Assembly: GCA_038064975.1 (NCBI GenBank)
Contig: JBBTRX010000002.1
Span: 193,278-257,277 of the forward strand
Direction of reading: 5' to 3'
Source of the DNA: Patescibacteria group bacterium
GTDB taxonomy: Bacteria; Patescibacteriota; Minisyncoccia; UBA6257; 1-14-0-10-40-38
DNA length: 64,000 nucleotides
Positions 49,313 through 60,452 of this stretch are shown piece after piece (position 1 is the stretch's first letter; each line of letters starts with the position of its first letter). The notes beneath the pieces were generated by a model. It was given only the letters and a program-made list of their open reading frames with translations. It was not told the DNA's origin and did not search any database. Made by a program: the position numbers and the translations under genes.

Positions 49313-50503
49313 ATGAATCGTATTTATCTCGATTATGCGGCAACAACGCCACTAGACTCTGCAGCGAGGCGCGCCATGGATCCGTTCTACGGAAAAGTTT
49401 TTGGAAACCCAAGCTCGTTGCACTCATTTGGACAAGAAGCTTCCCGTGCTGTCTTTGTGTCGCGCAAATCTATCGTGGATTATGTAGGAGTTCGCTATGA
49501 CGAAGTTATTTTTACCGGATCAGCGACAGAGGCAAATAATATGGTCATGCAAGGAGCGGTGCGCGCATTCCGTCACAATCATGAAAATAATAAAGGACCC
49601 GTCCGCGCTATCATCTCCGCAATTGAACACGACTCTATATTGAAGGCGCTCCAGAATTTTCCTGAAGTTGAAATGGTAATAATTCCCGTTGATTCGGCAG
49701 GAATGATTGATGTGCAAGCTCTGGAGCAAGCGCTGAATGAAAATACGGCAATCGTTTCCGTGGGATACGTAAACGGAGAAGTAGGAACTATTCAAAATAT
49801 TGCGGCAATCGGCAAACGCATTGCCGCATTCCGCGGAGCAAAGCGTTTTCCTCTATTCCATACCGATGCCGTTCAGGCGTTACAGTATCTCAACATGGAA
49901 GTTAAAAATTTAGGAGTGGATGCTATGACACTTTCCGCTCATAAGGTATATGGCCCTAAGGGCATCGGCGCTTTAGTTCTGCGGCATCCGGATAGTAATT
50001 CCATTACCGCAAATATTATTAACCCCCTTATCTCGGGCGGAGATCAAGAATTCGGCATGCGCCCTGGCACAGAAAACGTCGCCGCGATTGTGGGATTTGC
50101 ATCTGCCGTAGATATTCTCCGGAAGATACAGTCAAAAGAAATAAAGCGGATGCAAAAGCTTGGGAAAGTATTTTTCACTTCACTCTCTAAGGCTTTGCCC
50201 GGAATTGAACTAAATGGTCCATTATTCGGCAATGATCGGATTTCGAACAACATTAATGTATATCTGAGGGATTTAGCGGGTCCATTGCAAAACTTTTTAG
50301 TGCGTCTGGATCGTGCGGGAGTTGCCGCTTCCAGCGGATCTGCCTGCGCTTCGCGAAAAGCTGAAGCTTCTCACGTCCTTCGTGCGTTATATAGAGATAA
50401 GGAGCGTAGAGAGAAAAGTGTACGATTTACCCTTGGCAAAATGACAACAGGAGAAGAAGTTCTGCGTGCGGTCAAAATTATAAAAAATATTCACACTACG
50501 TAA
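49313..50503 (+). CDS. Cysteine desulfurase (IscS/NifS class V PLP enzyme)
   Basis: YLDYAATTP, GNPSSLH, HTDAVQ, SAHKVYGPKG, SGSAC. Confidence 0.93.
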   Translation: MNRIYLDYAATTPLDSAARRAMDPFYGKVFGNPSSLHSFGQEASRAVFVSRKSIVDYVGVRYDEVIFTGSATEANNMVMQGAVRAFRHNHENNKGPVRAIISAIEHDSILKALQNFPEVEMVIIPVDSAGMIDVQALEQALNENTAIVSVGYVNGEVGTIQNIAAIGKRIAAFRGAKRFPLFHTDAVQALQYLNMEVKNLGVDAMTLSAHKVYGPKGIGALVLRHPDSNSITANIINPLISGGDQEFGMRPGTENVAAIVGFASAVDILRKIQSKEIKRMQKLGKVFFTSLSKALPGIELNGPLFGNDRISNNINVYLRDLAGPLQNFLVRLDRAGVAASSGSACASRKAEASHVLRALYRDKERREKSVRFTLGKMTTGEEVLRAVKIIKNIHTT

Positions 50504-50509
50504 GAGATT

Positions 50510-51733
50510 ATGAATAAAAAACGATATTCCCTAATTGTGATCGTTGGTGCTTTTCTCGCGGGAGGTGCCATGTTTGTTGCTATTTCTGCGGCAGAAGCGA
50601 ATCTTTTCACTGATATTATTAATATCTTTGATTCAGATGGAAACGCTCCTGCCGAAACCCAAGCTCCGCCGTATGTATCTTCGGTGAATTACGAAGCGGC
50701 GATTATTAATGCGGTAAAAAGCGCATCGCCTTCGGTTATTTCTATTGTCGTAAGTAAAGATGTTTCTACGCTAGAGCAATGTTCCGGAGATCCCTTCGCG
50801 GGAATCCCACCGGAATTTAGAGATTTTTTCGGCCCATTTCCGTTTAACGGCCAATGCGAAACGGGAACGATAAAGCAGGAAATTGGGGGTGGATCAGGAT
50901 TTATTGCAACTCCAGAAGGGCTTATTGTTACCAATAAACATGTTGTAGCGGATTTGGATGCCGACTATACCGTCTTTACAAACGATGGCAAGAAACATGC
51001 GGCAACGGTTATCGCTCGAGATCCTGTTCAAGATATCGCGATTGTAAAAATTGCAGGGAGTAATTTCCCCACGCTTCCACTTGCAGATTCCGATTCTGTT
51101 CAGCTTGGACAAACGGCAATTGCAATAGGTAATGCACTTGGCGAGTTTAGAAATACAGTTTCCACCGGGATTGTTTCCGGTCTTGCTCGAGCAATTGAAG
51201 CTTCAGGAACGGGATTTACAGAGCGTTTAGAGGGGCTTATTCAAACTGATGCAGCAATTAATCCAGGAAACTCCGGTGGTCCGCTTTTAAATCTTCGGGG
51301 CGAGGTTATTGGTATTAATACCGCTGTAGCGCGAGGAGCTGAAAACATCGGTTTTGCTATCCCCGTAGATCGGATTAAAAAAGATATTGAGTCCGTAAGG
51401 GCGACGGGTAAAATCACCGTTGCATTTCTTGGTGTGCGATATATTCCACTTACTGAAGACCTTGCAGAAGAAGAGAATTTGCCTGTTGCAAACGGCGTAC
51501 TACTCCGTGGAAGTGAAGGAGGGCAGGCTGTCGTTTCTGGATCTCCCGCGGCGAAAGCAGGGCTTATGGCAGGGGATATTATTATTGAAGTGGGCGGAAA
51601 ACCAGTAAATCAAGAGAATTCTCTTGCCGCTCTTATTCAAAACTACAATGTAGGGGAAACAGTAGCGCTAAAAATTCTTCGGGACGGGAAAGAAATGACA
51701 CTTTCCGCGACGCTAGCAGAACTTAAACCATAA
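50510..51733 (+). CDS. htrA: HtrA/DegP-like serine protease with PDZ domain
   Basis: TNKHVV, DIA, QTDAAINPGNSGGPL, C-terminal PDZ. Confidence 0.93.
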   Translation: MNKKRYSLIVIVGAFLAGGAMFVAISAAEANLFTDIINIFDSDGNAPAETQAPPYVSSVNYEAAIINAVKSASPSVISIVVSKDVSTLEQCSGDPFAGIPPEFRDFFGPFPFNGQCETGTIKQEIGGGSGFIATPEGLIVTNKHVVADLDADYTVFTNDGKKHAATVIARDPVQDIAIVKIAGSNFPTLPLADSDSVQLGQTAIAIGNALGEFRNTVSTGIVSGLARAIEASGTGFTERLEGLIQTDAAINPGNSGGPLLNLRGEVIGINTAVARGAENIGFAIPVDRIKKDIESVRATGKITVAFLGVRYIPLTEDLAEEENLPVANGVLLRGSEGGQAVVSGSPAAKAGLMAGDIIIEVGGKPVNQENSLAALIQNYNVGETVALKILRDGKEMTLSATLAELKP

Positions 51734-51845
51734 ATTTCATTTTCTTTTCAGCACCACTCTAGTTTTCTAGAGATACATCTCTAGGTATCGGAGTGTTATT
51801 ATACATAAGTAAGGTGAGAGGAATGGGAATGTGAATTAGGTATGA

Positions 51846-51872
51846 TTAGCACTCTTGACATGAGACTGCCAA
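51846..51872 (+). promoter_or_regulatory. CIRCE element (HrcA operator) upstream of clpB
   Basis: TTAGCACTC-N9-GACTGCCAA vs consensus TTAGCACTC-N9-GAGTGCTAA; TTGACA lies in the spacer. Confidence 0.8.
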
Positions 51873-51973
51873 TGGGGATAGCATTAATACAGTATCTAGA
51901 ATCTAGTATTTAGAAATTAGTAGCAATGAAACTAATCAACTCTTTAACTGATTAACTCCTAAACTGTACAACC

Positions 51974-54625
51974 ATGATGCGTAATTTTAATAAATTCACG
52001 ATAAAAGCTCAGGAGGCGCTCCAAAACGCCCAGGATCTAGCCGCGCAACGGAATCATGGCGAATTTCGGGCACTCCATCTGCTTTCCAGTCTTATTGTTG
52101 ACGATCAGTCGCTGGTGCGTCCGCTTCTTATTAAAGCGGGGGTAAGTTTAGAATCTTTAGATAAGTTAATTGAAGAAGAGCTTAATAAATTGCCGAAGAT
52201 ATTTGCCGCATCCTCGGTGGGACAGCTCTATCTCTCTCAGGAATTGATGCAAGTTTTGGATAAGGCGGGAAAAATCGCCCTTTCTCAGAAAGACGAATTC
52301 GTCTCGTGTGAACACTTACTCCTTAGTATTTTAGAAACGCCATCCCCAACCCAATCATTATTGGAGAAATTTGGTTTGCGCCGTGAAAACGCATTCCGTA
52401 TTTTGGCACAGTTGCGCGGTTCTACTCGCATTACAGACGAAACTCCGGAAACAAAATTCCAGGTTTTGGAAAAATATGCCATCAATCTTACGGAACGGGC
52501 ACGAGAAGGCAAACTTGATCCGGTAATCGGACGAGAAGAAGAGCTTCGTCGTGTTATTCAGGTACTTTCCCGAAGGACGAAAAATAATCCGGTATTAATC
52601 GGAGAACCGGGCGTAGGAAAAACAGCTATTGTAGAAGGCTTGGCTCAAAGAATTATCGCTGGTGATGTTCCAGAGCCCTTAAAAGGCAAGGAAATCATCA
52701 TGCTGGATTTAGGATCTCTTATCGCAGGAACTAAGTTCCGCGGAGAATTTGAAGATCGCTTAAAAGCATTTATTAAAGAAATCCAAAACGCAGCAGGTCG
52801 CCTTATTCTTTTCATTGACGAGATTCATATGATAGTAGGCGCCGGTGCCGCTGAAGGCGCGGTAGATGCTTCCAACCTTTTAAAGCCACCCCTTGCTCGC
52901 GGAGAATTACATGCCGTGGGAGCAACTACGATTCGCGAATATCAGCGTCATATTGAAAAAGATCCCGCTCTTGAACGGCGTTTTCAGCCCATTGTAGTTG
53001 AAGAGCCTTCACTTGAAGACACAATTGCTATTTTGCGTGGATTAAAAGAAAAATATGAAATTCACCATGGTCTTCGCATCAGCGACGAGGCTCTTGTTGC
53101 CGCAGCTCATCTTTCCGCACGTTACATTACGGACCGCTTTCTTCCGGACAAAGCGGTTGATTTAATTGACGAAGCGGCCGCAGCGCGGCGTCTTGAATCA
53201 GAAAGTCTTCCTGCGGAAATAGATAAAGTCCGCCAGGCGATCATGCGCTTGGAAATTGAGAAGTCTGCGATTTCAAAGGAATCTGGTGAAAAAAATAAAG
53301 AGCGGGTTAAAACCATTGAAAAAGAACTTGTAGTTCTGAAAGAACAGAACGATGATTTATCCGCAAAATGGCATGCGGAGAAGCTCGCGTTTGAAAATTT
53401 ACATAGTTTGCGGCGGAAAATTGACGATCTTCGCCGCGAGTCGGAACAAGCGGAGCGCGGAGGAGACTTAGAGCGTGTTGCCCAGATTTTGTACGGAGAA
53501 TTGCCTCAAGCCGAAAAAGATTTTGCTACATTTGAAAAGAAGCATTTTGGTACTTCAAAGAAACAAAAGAAAAAAGGAAAAGAAGACGATCAAGTTTTTA
53601 TTAAAGAGGTGGTTGATGAGGAAGATATTGCTTCCGTAGTTTCTCGTTGGACTAATATCCCGGTCATGAGAATGCTGGAGTCCGAAAGTGAAAAACTCTC
53701 TCGCATTGAAGAAGTGCTCGGGAATCGGGTTATTGGTCAGGAAGAAGGCATTCTCGCTGTTTCTAGCGCCTTGCGGCGCGCTCGTGCTGGCCTTGCGGAC
53801 GAGAACAGGCCGACAGGGTCGTTCATGTTCTTAGGGCCGACCGGTGTCGGTAAAACCGAGCTCGCCCGTGCGCTTGCCGAGTTCATGTTCAACGACGACA
53901 AGGCGATGATTAGAGTGGATATGTCGGAGTATATGGAAAAGCACGCCGTTGCGCGTCTTATTGGTTCGCCTCCGGGATATGTGGGTTTTGAAGAAGGGGG
54001 GCAACTCACGGAAGCAGTACGTCATCGTCCGTATAGTTTGATTTTGTTTGATGAAATAGAGAAAGCTCATCCCGATGTTTTTAACGTTCTCTTACAGCTC
54101 TTAGATAATGGCCGGCTCACGGACGCAAAAGGCAAAACCGTTAACTTTAGAAATGCGATTATTATCATGACTTCAAACGTTGGAAGTCATTACTACAAGC
54201 AGATGTCTCAAGTCGGTTTTTCCACATCAGAAAAGGAAATACGGGCCGAAGAGGAGACCTTTAAGGACAAAGCCCGTACGTCGCTCCGTCAGACTTTTAA
54301 GCCGGAATTCTTGAACCGCATAGACGAAATTGTCGTGTTCAATGCGCTCAAACGAAAAGATATTGAACAGATTGTTGATGTCCAAATTGCCGAAGTTAAA
54401 AAGAAATTAAGCAACCGCGGTATCACGGTCTTAGTTGACGCGCCCGCAAGAAAATATATTGTTGATAATGGGTTTGATCCGGATTTTGGAGCTCGGCCTA
54501 TTAAGCGGCTGATCCAAAAGACGATTGTTGATAAACTGGCTGATAGAATTATTAGGGGGCAACTCAAACATGGCGATAAGGTTAAAATCGGTTTTTCAGG
54601 ATCGGCGCTCAGCGTTACTCCTTAA
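51974..54625 (+). CDS. clpB: Chaperone ClpB
   Basis: Two AAA modules ([16 protein letters not shown]) with long coiled-coil middle domain. Confidence 0.96.
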   Translation: MMRNFNKFTIKAQEALQNAQDLAAQRNHGEFRALHLLSSLIVDDQSLVRPLLIKAGVSLESLDKLIEEELNKLPKIFAASSVGQLYLSQELMQVLDKAGKIALSQKDEFVSCEHLLLSILETPSPTQSLLEKFGLRRENAFRILAQLRGSTRITDETPETKFQVLEKYAINLTERAREGKLDPVIGREEELRRVIQVLSRRTKNNPVLIGEPGVGKTAIVEGLAQRIIAGDVPEPLKGKEIIMLDLGSLIAGTKFRGEFEDRLKAFIKEIQNAAGRLILFIDEIHMIVGAGAAEGAVDASNLLKPPLARGELHAVGATTIREYQRHIEKDPALERRFQPIVVEEPSLEDTIAILRGLKEKYEIHHGLRISDEALVAAAHLSARYITDRFLPDKAVDLIDEAAAARRLESESLPAEIDKVRQAIMRLEIEKSAISKESGEKNKERVKTIEKELVVLKEQNDDLSAKWHAEKLAFENLHSLRRKIDDLRRESEQAERGGDLERVAQILYGELPQAEKDFATFEKKHFGTSKKQKKKGKEDDQVFIKEVVDEEDIASVVSRWTNIPVMRMLESESEKLSRIEEVLGNRVIGQEEGILAVSSALRRARAGLADENRPTGSFMFLGPTGVGKTELARALAEFMFNDDKAMIRVDMSEYMEKHAVARLIGSPPGYVGFEEGGQLTEAVRHRPYSLILFDEIEKAHPDVFNVLLQLLDNGRLTDAKGKTVNFRNAIIIMTSNVGSHYYKQMSQVGFSTSEKEIRAEEETFKDKARTSLRQTFKPEFLNRIDEIVVFNALKRKDIEQIVDVQIAEVKKKLSNRGITVLVDAPARKYIVDNGFDPDFGARPIKRLIQKTIVDKLADRIIRGQLKHGDKVKIGFSGSALSVTP

Positions 54626-55358
54626 GGCCGTAGTATTCGGGGTATTTTTGTGGATAGCACAGGCGGGGGAAGGCGGATTTGCCCCCGCTTTGTTTTTTAT
54701 ACTCGTTTCCGGCGTGCTCTATTTTTCCCCGTCATTCCGAGGCGGAAAATATATTGGATCAATACTTGTACTCGTGAGTCTCGCTCTATTTTTGGAGCGC
54801 AATACCGTGAGTACCGCTTTCTCTCTTCTCGGTATCCCGTTTTTTAGTGCCCTCGCTTTCTTTCTTTTTGGTGCAAAAGAGCTTGTATTCGCGCGGGCGC
54901 GCACATGGGCACTTTTATTTGCTTTTGGAGTTACTTATGCAGCAACGCTTGCCTTATTTTTAATAGAATCAGATGCGTTTATTCGCGCTGCTTTTACCTA
55001 TGGCATTATGATTTTTCTCACCTGGAGAGATTTCTTTTCCTCCACAGCCTCTACTCGCATTTCTACTGACACTCCTTTAGTCGGCAATGAAAGTGGTGAA
55101 GAGAAAATTGTACAACTCCGCGGGAGCCATTATTTCTCGGCGCTCGTCATAACCTATTTAGGAGTGGAAACGGCATGGGCCGTTCGCTTGCTTCCGTTAG
55201 ATGCTATTGGGGGAGCAAACCTTACTTTCCTTGGACTCATTGCCGTTCTCAATATTATCTTGCGCAGTGCAGAGCAGGGGCTTTCAAAGCGCATTCTTCT
55301 TATGAGCGTTACGGTGTTTATTGCCCTTCTCCTCTTTATGCTGTGGATGAATCTGTAA
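54570..55358 (+). CDS. Polytopic membrane protein
   Basis: About eight hydrophobic helices; start overlaps the clpB 3' end. Confidence 0.75.
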   Translation: MAIRLKSVFQDRRSALLLKAVVFGVFLWIAQAGEGGFAPALFFILVSGVLYFSPSFRGGKYIGSILVLVSLALFLERNTVSTAFSLLGIPFFSALAFFLFGAKELVFARARTWALLFAFGVTYAATLALFLIESDAFIRAAFTYGIMIFLTWRDFFSSTASTRISTDTPLVGNESGEEKIVQLRGSHYFSALVITYLGVETAWAVRLLPLDAIGGANLTFLGLIAVLNIILRSAEQGLSKRILLMSVTVFIALLLFMLWMNL

Positions 55359-55499
55359 CGTAAAATAAAATATCAAATATTAAATCTCAAAAACCATCTA
55401 ACCAATCAACTAATTCACCATTTAACTAATTAACTATTTTCCGCACGCAATCCGGCAACGGATTGACGGAAAATGTTAATTGCCGTATATTCTTGCCGT

Positions 55500-56204
55500 A
55501 TGGATATCCAGCGGCAATCACAACTAGTAAGCTTTGCGGCACTTCGAATTGCCGCATATGTAAAAAGGAGAGAGCTGCGCGATCGCTTAAGCCGTCTCGC
55601 GTTTGATCTTATTGAGGCAGTTTCACAGAAAGATACTCATAAAATAAGCGAAGTTATCCTCTCTTTGCAGGGGCTTATATCGTTAGGTAAGGCATTGTAC
55701 GAAGTTGAGCCTACAAACGCCGATATTGTTATTGAGGAATCAGGTAAAATACTTGAGTTTGAGTTTGGAGAGGATACTCAAGATAAACCGGCAATCAAAG
55801 AAGTGGATATTTCTGGAATATTCAAAAAAGAGAGAACGCTCTTTTCTCATGAATTAGAGAAACCGAAAGAGATAAAGAAAAGCGGCAACGGCAATAAGGC
55901 AGAAGGTGTTAAAAAAATAATGCGGCAAGAGGATACGGCAAAAGAGAATAAGGCAATAGTCATAACTCCAGAGAAGCCACATATAAAGCAAAGCCAGGAG
56001 GAAAACCCGGCAATACGGCAATCGGCAATGCGAGATAAGATACGGCAAATAGGGGAGGCAGAGTTAAAGGATCTTATTGCCGCATTTCCCAATGTGAGCG
56101 AACGGACGATACGGTATGACGTGCAACGGTTATGTGCTGATGGATTAGTGGAGCGTATAGGTCCTGGAGGACCCGGAAGTTTCTATCGGGTAAGATCGGT
56201 GTAA
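55500..56204 (+). CDS. Protein with helical N-domain, low-complexity linker and C-terminal DeoR-like winged HTH
   Basis: ELKDLIAAFPNVSERTIRYDVQRLCADGLVERIG; coding region carries many CGGCAA motifs. Confidence 0.8.
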   Translation: MDIQRQSQLVSFAALRIAAYVKRRELRDRLSRLAFDLIEAVSQKDTHKISEVILSLQGLISLGKALYEVEPTNADIVIEESGKILEFEFGEDTQDKPAIKEVDISGIFKKERTLFSHELEKPKEIKKSGNGNKAEGVKKIMRQEDTAKENKAIVITPEKPHIKQSQEENPAIRQSAMRDKIRQIGEAELKDLIAAFPNVSERTIRYDVQRLCADGLVERIGPGGPGSFYRVRSV

Positions 56205-56737
56205 TATACTCTTTTTTCTTCCGTTATACACGATATAGCTCAATAATCATTTAAGATATTCACAGTTGTGTATTTTTTATGAGGTATTGAGTAATATGGA
56301 TTTTGTTGATATAGTTAGTTTTGCTTAGGTGAGGCTAAGCATGCATCGAACGGAATAGCTTATAAACTGAATAACTGATAACTCTTTCTGAGTTACTGGT
56401 TGTAAGGTATGAGTTATAAGTTTGTGCGTATAGCCTCGCTTTAAAAGCGAGTTTTTTATTTATTTGATACTAGAGTCAAGCGTTTTGCTAGTGAGGTCGA
56501 TTCCCCTCCCCAGCTTTCATTTAAAAATGCCTAGCACAGGCACAAGAAGGTTGCGGTGGGGAAAATAGCATCAAAGCGCATGGCTTCCCGAAATGTAAGT
56601 TGTAGTGCATGAGATTCATTCAATAGAAATAATAAAAAAGGGAAGGCAGTCGTGGTCGGTAGGTGCCCTCCCGGTGATCAATTCCAAATGGTCACTACTA
56701 GTAACAAGTTAAAATAATATAAAAGTCACAATTAATT

Positions 56738-59700
56738 ATGAGTATTAAAGCGAAAATCTTTTCAGTAGTTTTCTCAGTTTTGATGGTTTTCGCGCTTTCC
56801 GGTGCGTCATTCGCTACACCGGTGGCTCATGGTCAGTCAGCTTCTGATCTCCAATCACAAATCAATGCTCTTCTCGCACAGCTAAATGCTATGCAAGGAG
56901 GTAGCTCTAGCGTCGCTTGCAACTTCACCCGCTCCCTCACAGTGGGTATGACTGGTGCAGACGTTAAGTGCTTACAGCAGTATTTGAATGGTGCAGGATT
57001 TACAGTTTCTGCTTCTGGCGCAGGGTCCGCAGGTAACGAATCAACGTTCTTCGGAATGCTTACGAAAGCCGCAGTTTCAAAATGGCAGGCAGCAAATGGA
57101 GTTGCTCCAGCAGTCGGCTATTTTGGTCCTATTTCTCAAGCAAAGTACACAACACTCGCAGCAGGTAGCGGAACAGGCACAGGAACCGGTACAGGTACCG
57201 GAACCGGCACTGGCACTGGTAGCACAGGGACTGGCCTTATGGTTTCTCTCTCTGGTAACCAGCCAGCAAACGGTATTTTTGGCGAAAGCTTTAACAGCCG
57301 CCCATTTACCGCTTTGAACTTTACCGCAGGATCTAGCGGCGACATTACCGTCCAATCAGTAACGGTTGAACGCACCGGTCTTTCAAACGACGCGGTATTC
57401 AGCGGAATCGTTTTACTTGATGAAAACGGTATTCGCATCACGGATTCAAAAACATTTGGATCTGATCACACAGCAAAGTTCACTAACAAATTCATAGTAA
57501 AAGCGGGACAAACCCGAACCGTTTGGATTGCTGGTGACTCTGACTCTGATCAAGATGCATATAATGGACAAACGGTCAGCCTCACGCTTAAAGCAGTTGA
57601 TGGCGGTTCTGGCGTAACGGTTACAGGCATTCCGTCAACCGGTCTTACTGGTGCGACGCATACCGTAAACAGCACGCTTGCAATCGGTTCAGTAACTGTT
57701 GAACGTGGTACGACTGATCCAGGTAATGGTCCGACAAAAGAAGTAGGAACCACAGGATATATATTCTCTGCTCTTAAACTTACTGTTGGATCAGTTGAAG
57801 CGGTTCGTGTAAAAGTCATTAAGTGGTACAATACCGGATCTATCTCTGCATCTGACCTCGCGAATGTAAAAATTCTCGTTGGCGGAACAGCGTATGATGC
57901 GGTTGTAAGCGCTGATGGCAAATATTATTCCGCGGTAATCGGTTCTGGTCTCGTGCTTGATAAAGGCGCAACAACCGAACTCGCAATCAAAGCTGATATC
58001 GTAAGCGGATCAAACCGTTCGGTAGACTTTGATATGAATTACCTCAACGACATCGTTGCTGTAGGCGAAACCTACGGATTCGGAATTGCTCCAACGTATA
58101 CGAATTCTGCAGATTCTGCGACTGACGATGATGGAACGATTCAGACTGCAACTCCGCAGTATGACGCGTATGAAGTTACCGTTGGTGCAGGAGCCTTGAC
58201 GATTGAGAACTCAACCACCATTGCGCCTTCCCAGAACATCGCTATCGGTGTTCAGGATCAGCCACTCGGTGGATTTAAAGTTACTTCAAAAGGCGAACCA
58301 GTAAGCGTTACACAGATGGTGTTCAGACTTTCTCGCTGGTTTGGTTCGGGTGCTTCAGCAAGCACGCAGGATATCACGAATGTAAAACTTATTCGTGATG
58401 ACGGCGTAATTGTTGCTGGCCCAGTAGATATTGCCGCAAGCGCAGCAACAGTAACCTTCTCGGATACTGTTGAATTTCCGGTAGGCGCTTATACCTACAA
58501 ACTAGTAGGAAAGCTCGGAACTGATTTTGCAAGCGATAACACTATTGCCGCATCAACAACGCCAAATAGTGATTGGTCTAGCCCGAAGGGTGTAAACACT
58601 AATCAGAGTATTACGCTTACATCAGCGACACTTACTTCACAGACAATGACGGTGAAGAGCGGAGCGCTCGCTGTTTCCACATCTCCAACTCCGATTGCTC
58701 AAACGATCGTTGCTGGCGTACAGGGTTTCAACCTTGCAAATTTCACGTTTGATACAACTGCATCCGGAGAAGATGTCCGCTTGAACAGTACTCAAGTAGA
58801 ATTCAACTTCGGCCAAGCAAATTCAAACGATGATTTGACGCAATGTCAGCTCTGGGATGGAACCGTAGCACTCAACACTGGTACAAACGTAGTAAATGGC
58901 GCGAACGGTGACACGACTGCCGATGATAAGACCTTTACCTTTGATAATAGTTTGACTATTCCAAAAGGCATGGTTAAAACTCTCGCTTTGAAGTGTAATA
59001 CCGCAGCTACCACGACGACCGCGGCTTCCACATATAACTGGACTATTGAAATCCCAGGTGATGCGGATGATATGGTTCCGTCGGGTATAGTGTCAGGTAC
59101 TACAATCACAGAAACCTATAGTGATACGACCGGACAGGCAATTACCTTGTCTAGCGGCGGATCATTGGCGGTTAACCTTGATGAGGCTTCTAGCCCAGCA
59201 GTTGCTCTCGCAGCTGGAAATACTTCTAACGTTGCCTTGAGCGCATACCGCTTCACGGCAACCAACGAAGATATTAAAGTGACGCAGATCGGTCTTACTC
59301 TTGCGGGCGTTGCTTCCAACACTCCTCAAGATTTGACGAAAGTCACCTTGTGGGATGGATCAATAAAGATCGGTGAAGCAGTCTTTACTGGTGATACGGC
59401 TACCGTAACCATCTCTAATGGTGTCTATCCAGACTTCATTGTTGCAAAGGATACGGACAGAGTGCTCACCATTAAGGGTGATATCGCTAAAATCGGAACA
59501 TCGGATCCTGCACGTCCAGGTCATCTGGTACGCGTAGAAATTGATGCAGCCGCTGCCGATTCATCCGGTGACACAACGCGAGGTATCGGTATTTCTTCGG
59601 GAACAACGGTATACTCCTCTGCTACGTCATTCACAGCCTCAGGAGGCGTAAGAATCTTCAAAACGGTTCCGATCGTTGCGAAGATCAGTCTCCCGACGTC

Positions 59701-60340
59701 TGAGACGACGTACAGTGGTAACCCGAGCGATAAGATGCTCTACCGCTTCTCCGTAACCGCACCTTCAACAGGATCTGTTGGACTCTATAAGTTCACCTTC
59801 AGCGTAGCTACATCAACCACAGGATTGCCTACGTTTGCAATCACTGGCCTTCAGGCATATGGCTATTCTGATTCTGGATTCTCAACGGGTGCATACGGCA
59901 GTCAAGGCGGACTCTTGAATGTTGCAACGACCAATATCAATGATGGAACTGGACTCTTCGGCATTACCTTTGACCCAGTTGGTCAAGCTGGTACCGCAGA
60001 AGCAATCCAAATTCTAGCAGGTAGCACTCGCTACTTCCAATTGATTGGAGACTTCGCAAATTCAAGCGCTACATCGTCAAGCGTTACAGTGAATCTTCAG
60101 GGAGATGTCTATTACTTCAAGGCGGCTAACGACGGCGATACCTTTACAGGTAGCGGCGCAGGCCAATATGCCTTTGCAACGACAGCAGCTCTCGTAGACG
60201 CTGATCCGAACGATGACTTTATCTGGTCAGACAATGCTACAACGACATCCGGCGTAGCAACGTATGATTGGGTAAACGGCTTCCAAATTCCTGGACTTCC
60301 AGCGACCAATCTTGGCGGCGAAAACATTAATGCGAACTAA
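56738..60340 (+). CDS. Large secreted S-layer-like surface protein with peptidoglycan-binding domain
   Basis: Signal peptide, FTRSLTVG..GADVKCLQQYLN...GYFGP PG-binding motif, (GT)n linker, T/S/G-rich beta repeats. Confidence 0.85.
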   Translation: MSIKAKIFSVVFSVLMVFALSGASFATPVAHGQSASDLQSQINALLAQLNAMQGGSSSVACNFTRSLTVGMTGADVKCLQQYLNGAGFTVSASGAGSAGNESTFFGMLTKAAVSKWQAANGVAPAVGYFGPISQAKYTTLAAGSGTGTGTGTGTGTGTGTGSTGTGLMVSLSGNQPANGIFGESFNSRPFTALNFTAGSSGDITVQSVTVERTGLSNDAVFSGIVLLDENGIRITDSKTFGSDHTAKFTNKFIVKAGQTRTVWIAGDSDSDQDAYNGQTVSLTLKAVDGGSGVTVTGIPSTGLTGATHTVNSTLAIGSVTVERGTTDPGNGPTKEVGTTGYIFSALKLTVGSVEAVRVKVIKWYNTGSISASDLANVKILVGGTAYDAVVSADGKYYSAVIGSGLVLDKGATTELAIKADIVSGSNRSVDFDMNYLNDIVAVGETYGFGIAPTYTNSADSATDDDGTIQTATPQYDAYEVTVGAGALTIENSTTIAPSQNIAIGVQDQPLGGFKVTSKGEPVSVTQMVFRLSRWFGSGASASTQDITNVKLIRDDGVIVAGPVDIAASAATVTFSDTVEFPVGAYTYKLVGKLGTDFASDNTIAASTTPNSDWSSPKGVNTNQSITLTSATLTSQTMTVKSGALAVSTSPTPIAQTIVAGVQGFNLANFTFDTTASGEDVRLNSTQVEFNFGQANSNDDLTQCQLWDGTVALNTGTNVVNGANGDTTADDKTFTFDNSLTIPKGMVKTLALKCNTAATTTTAASTYNWTIEIPGDADDMVPSGIVSGTTITETYSDTTGQAITLSSGGSLAVNLDEASSPAVALAAGNTSNVALSAYRFTATNEDIKVTQIGLTLAGVASNTPQDLTKVTLWDGSIKIGEAVFTGDTATVTISNGVYPDFIVAKDTDRVLTIKGDIAKIGTSDPARPGHLVRVEIDAAAADSSGDTTRGIGISSGTTVYSSATSFTASGGVRIFKTVPIVAKISLPTSETTYSGNPSDKMLYRFSVTAPSTGSVGLYKFTFSVATSTTGLPTFAITGLQAYGYSDSGFSTGAYGSQGGLLNVATTNINDGTGLFGITFDPVGQAGTAEAIQILAGSTRYFQLIGDFANSSATSSSVTVNLQGDVYYFKAANDGDTFTGSGAGQYAFATTAALVDADPNDDFIWSDNATTTSGVATYDWVNGFQIPGLPATNLGGENINAN

Positions 60341-60368
60341 CATTCTTGAGGGTTAATTCGCAAAAACA

Positions 60369-60397
60369 ATCACCCCCGCATAATGCGGGGGTGATTT
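60369..60397 (+). terminator. Intrinsic terminator after the surface protein gene
   Basis: atcacccccgca-taa-tgcgggggtgattt. Confidence 0.75.
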
Positions 60398-60452
60398 GTT
60401 TTTAGTGTTGACTCATGTATATGGAACGTCTATGATATGTATCGTTGAATCT

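Noticed and set aside
57166-57232. (GGxACx)n tandem repeat
   Set aside because: Encodes an ordinary Gly-Thr linker with synonymous variation; protein-level repeat only.
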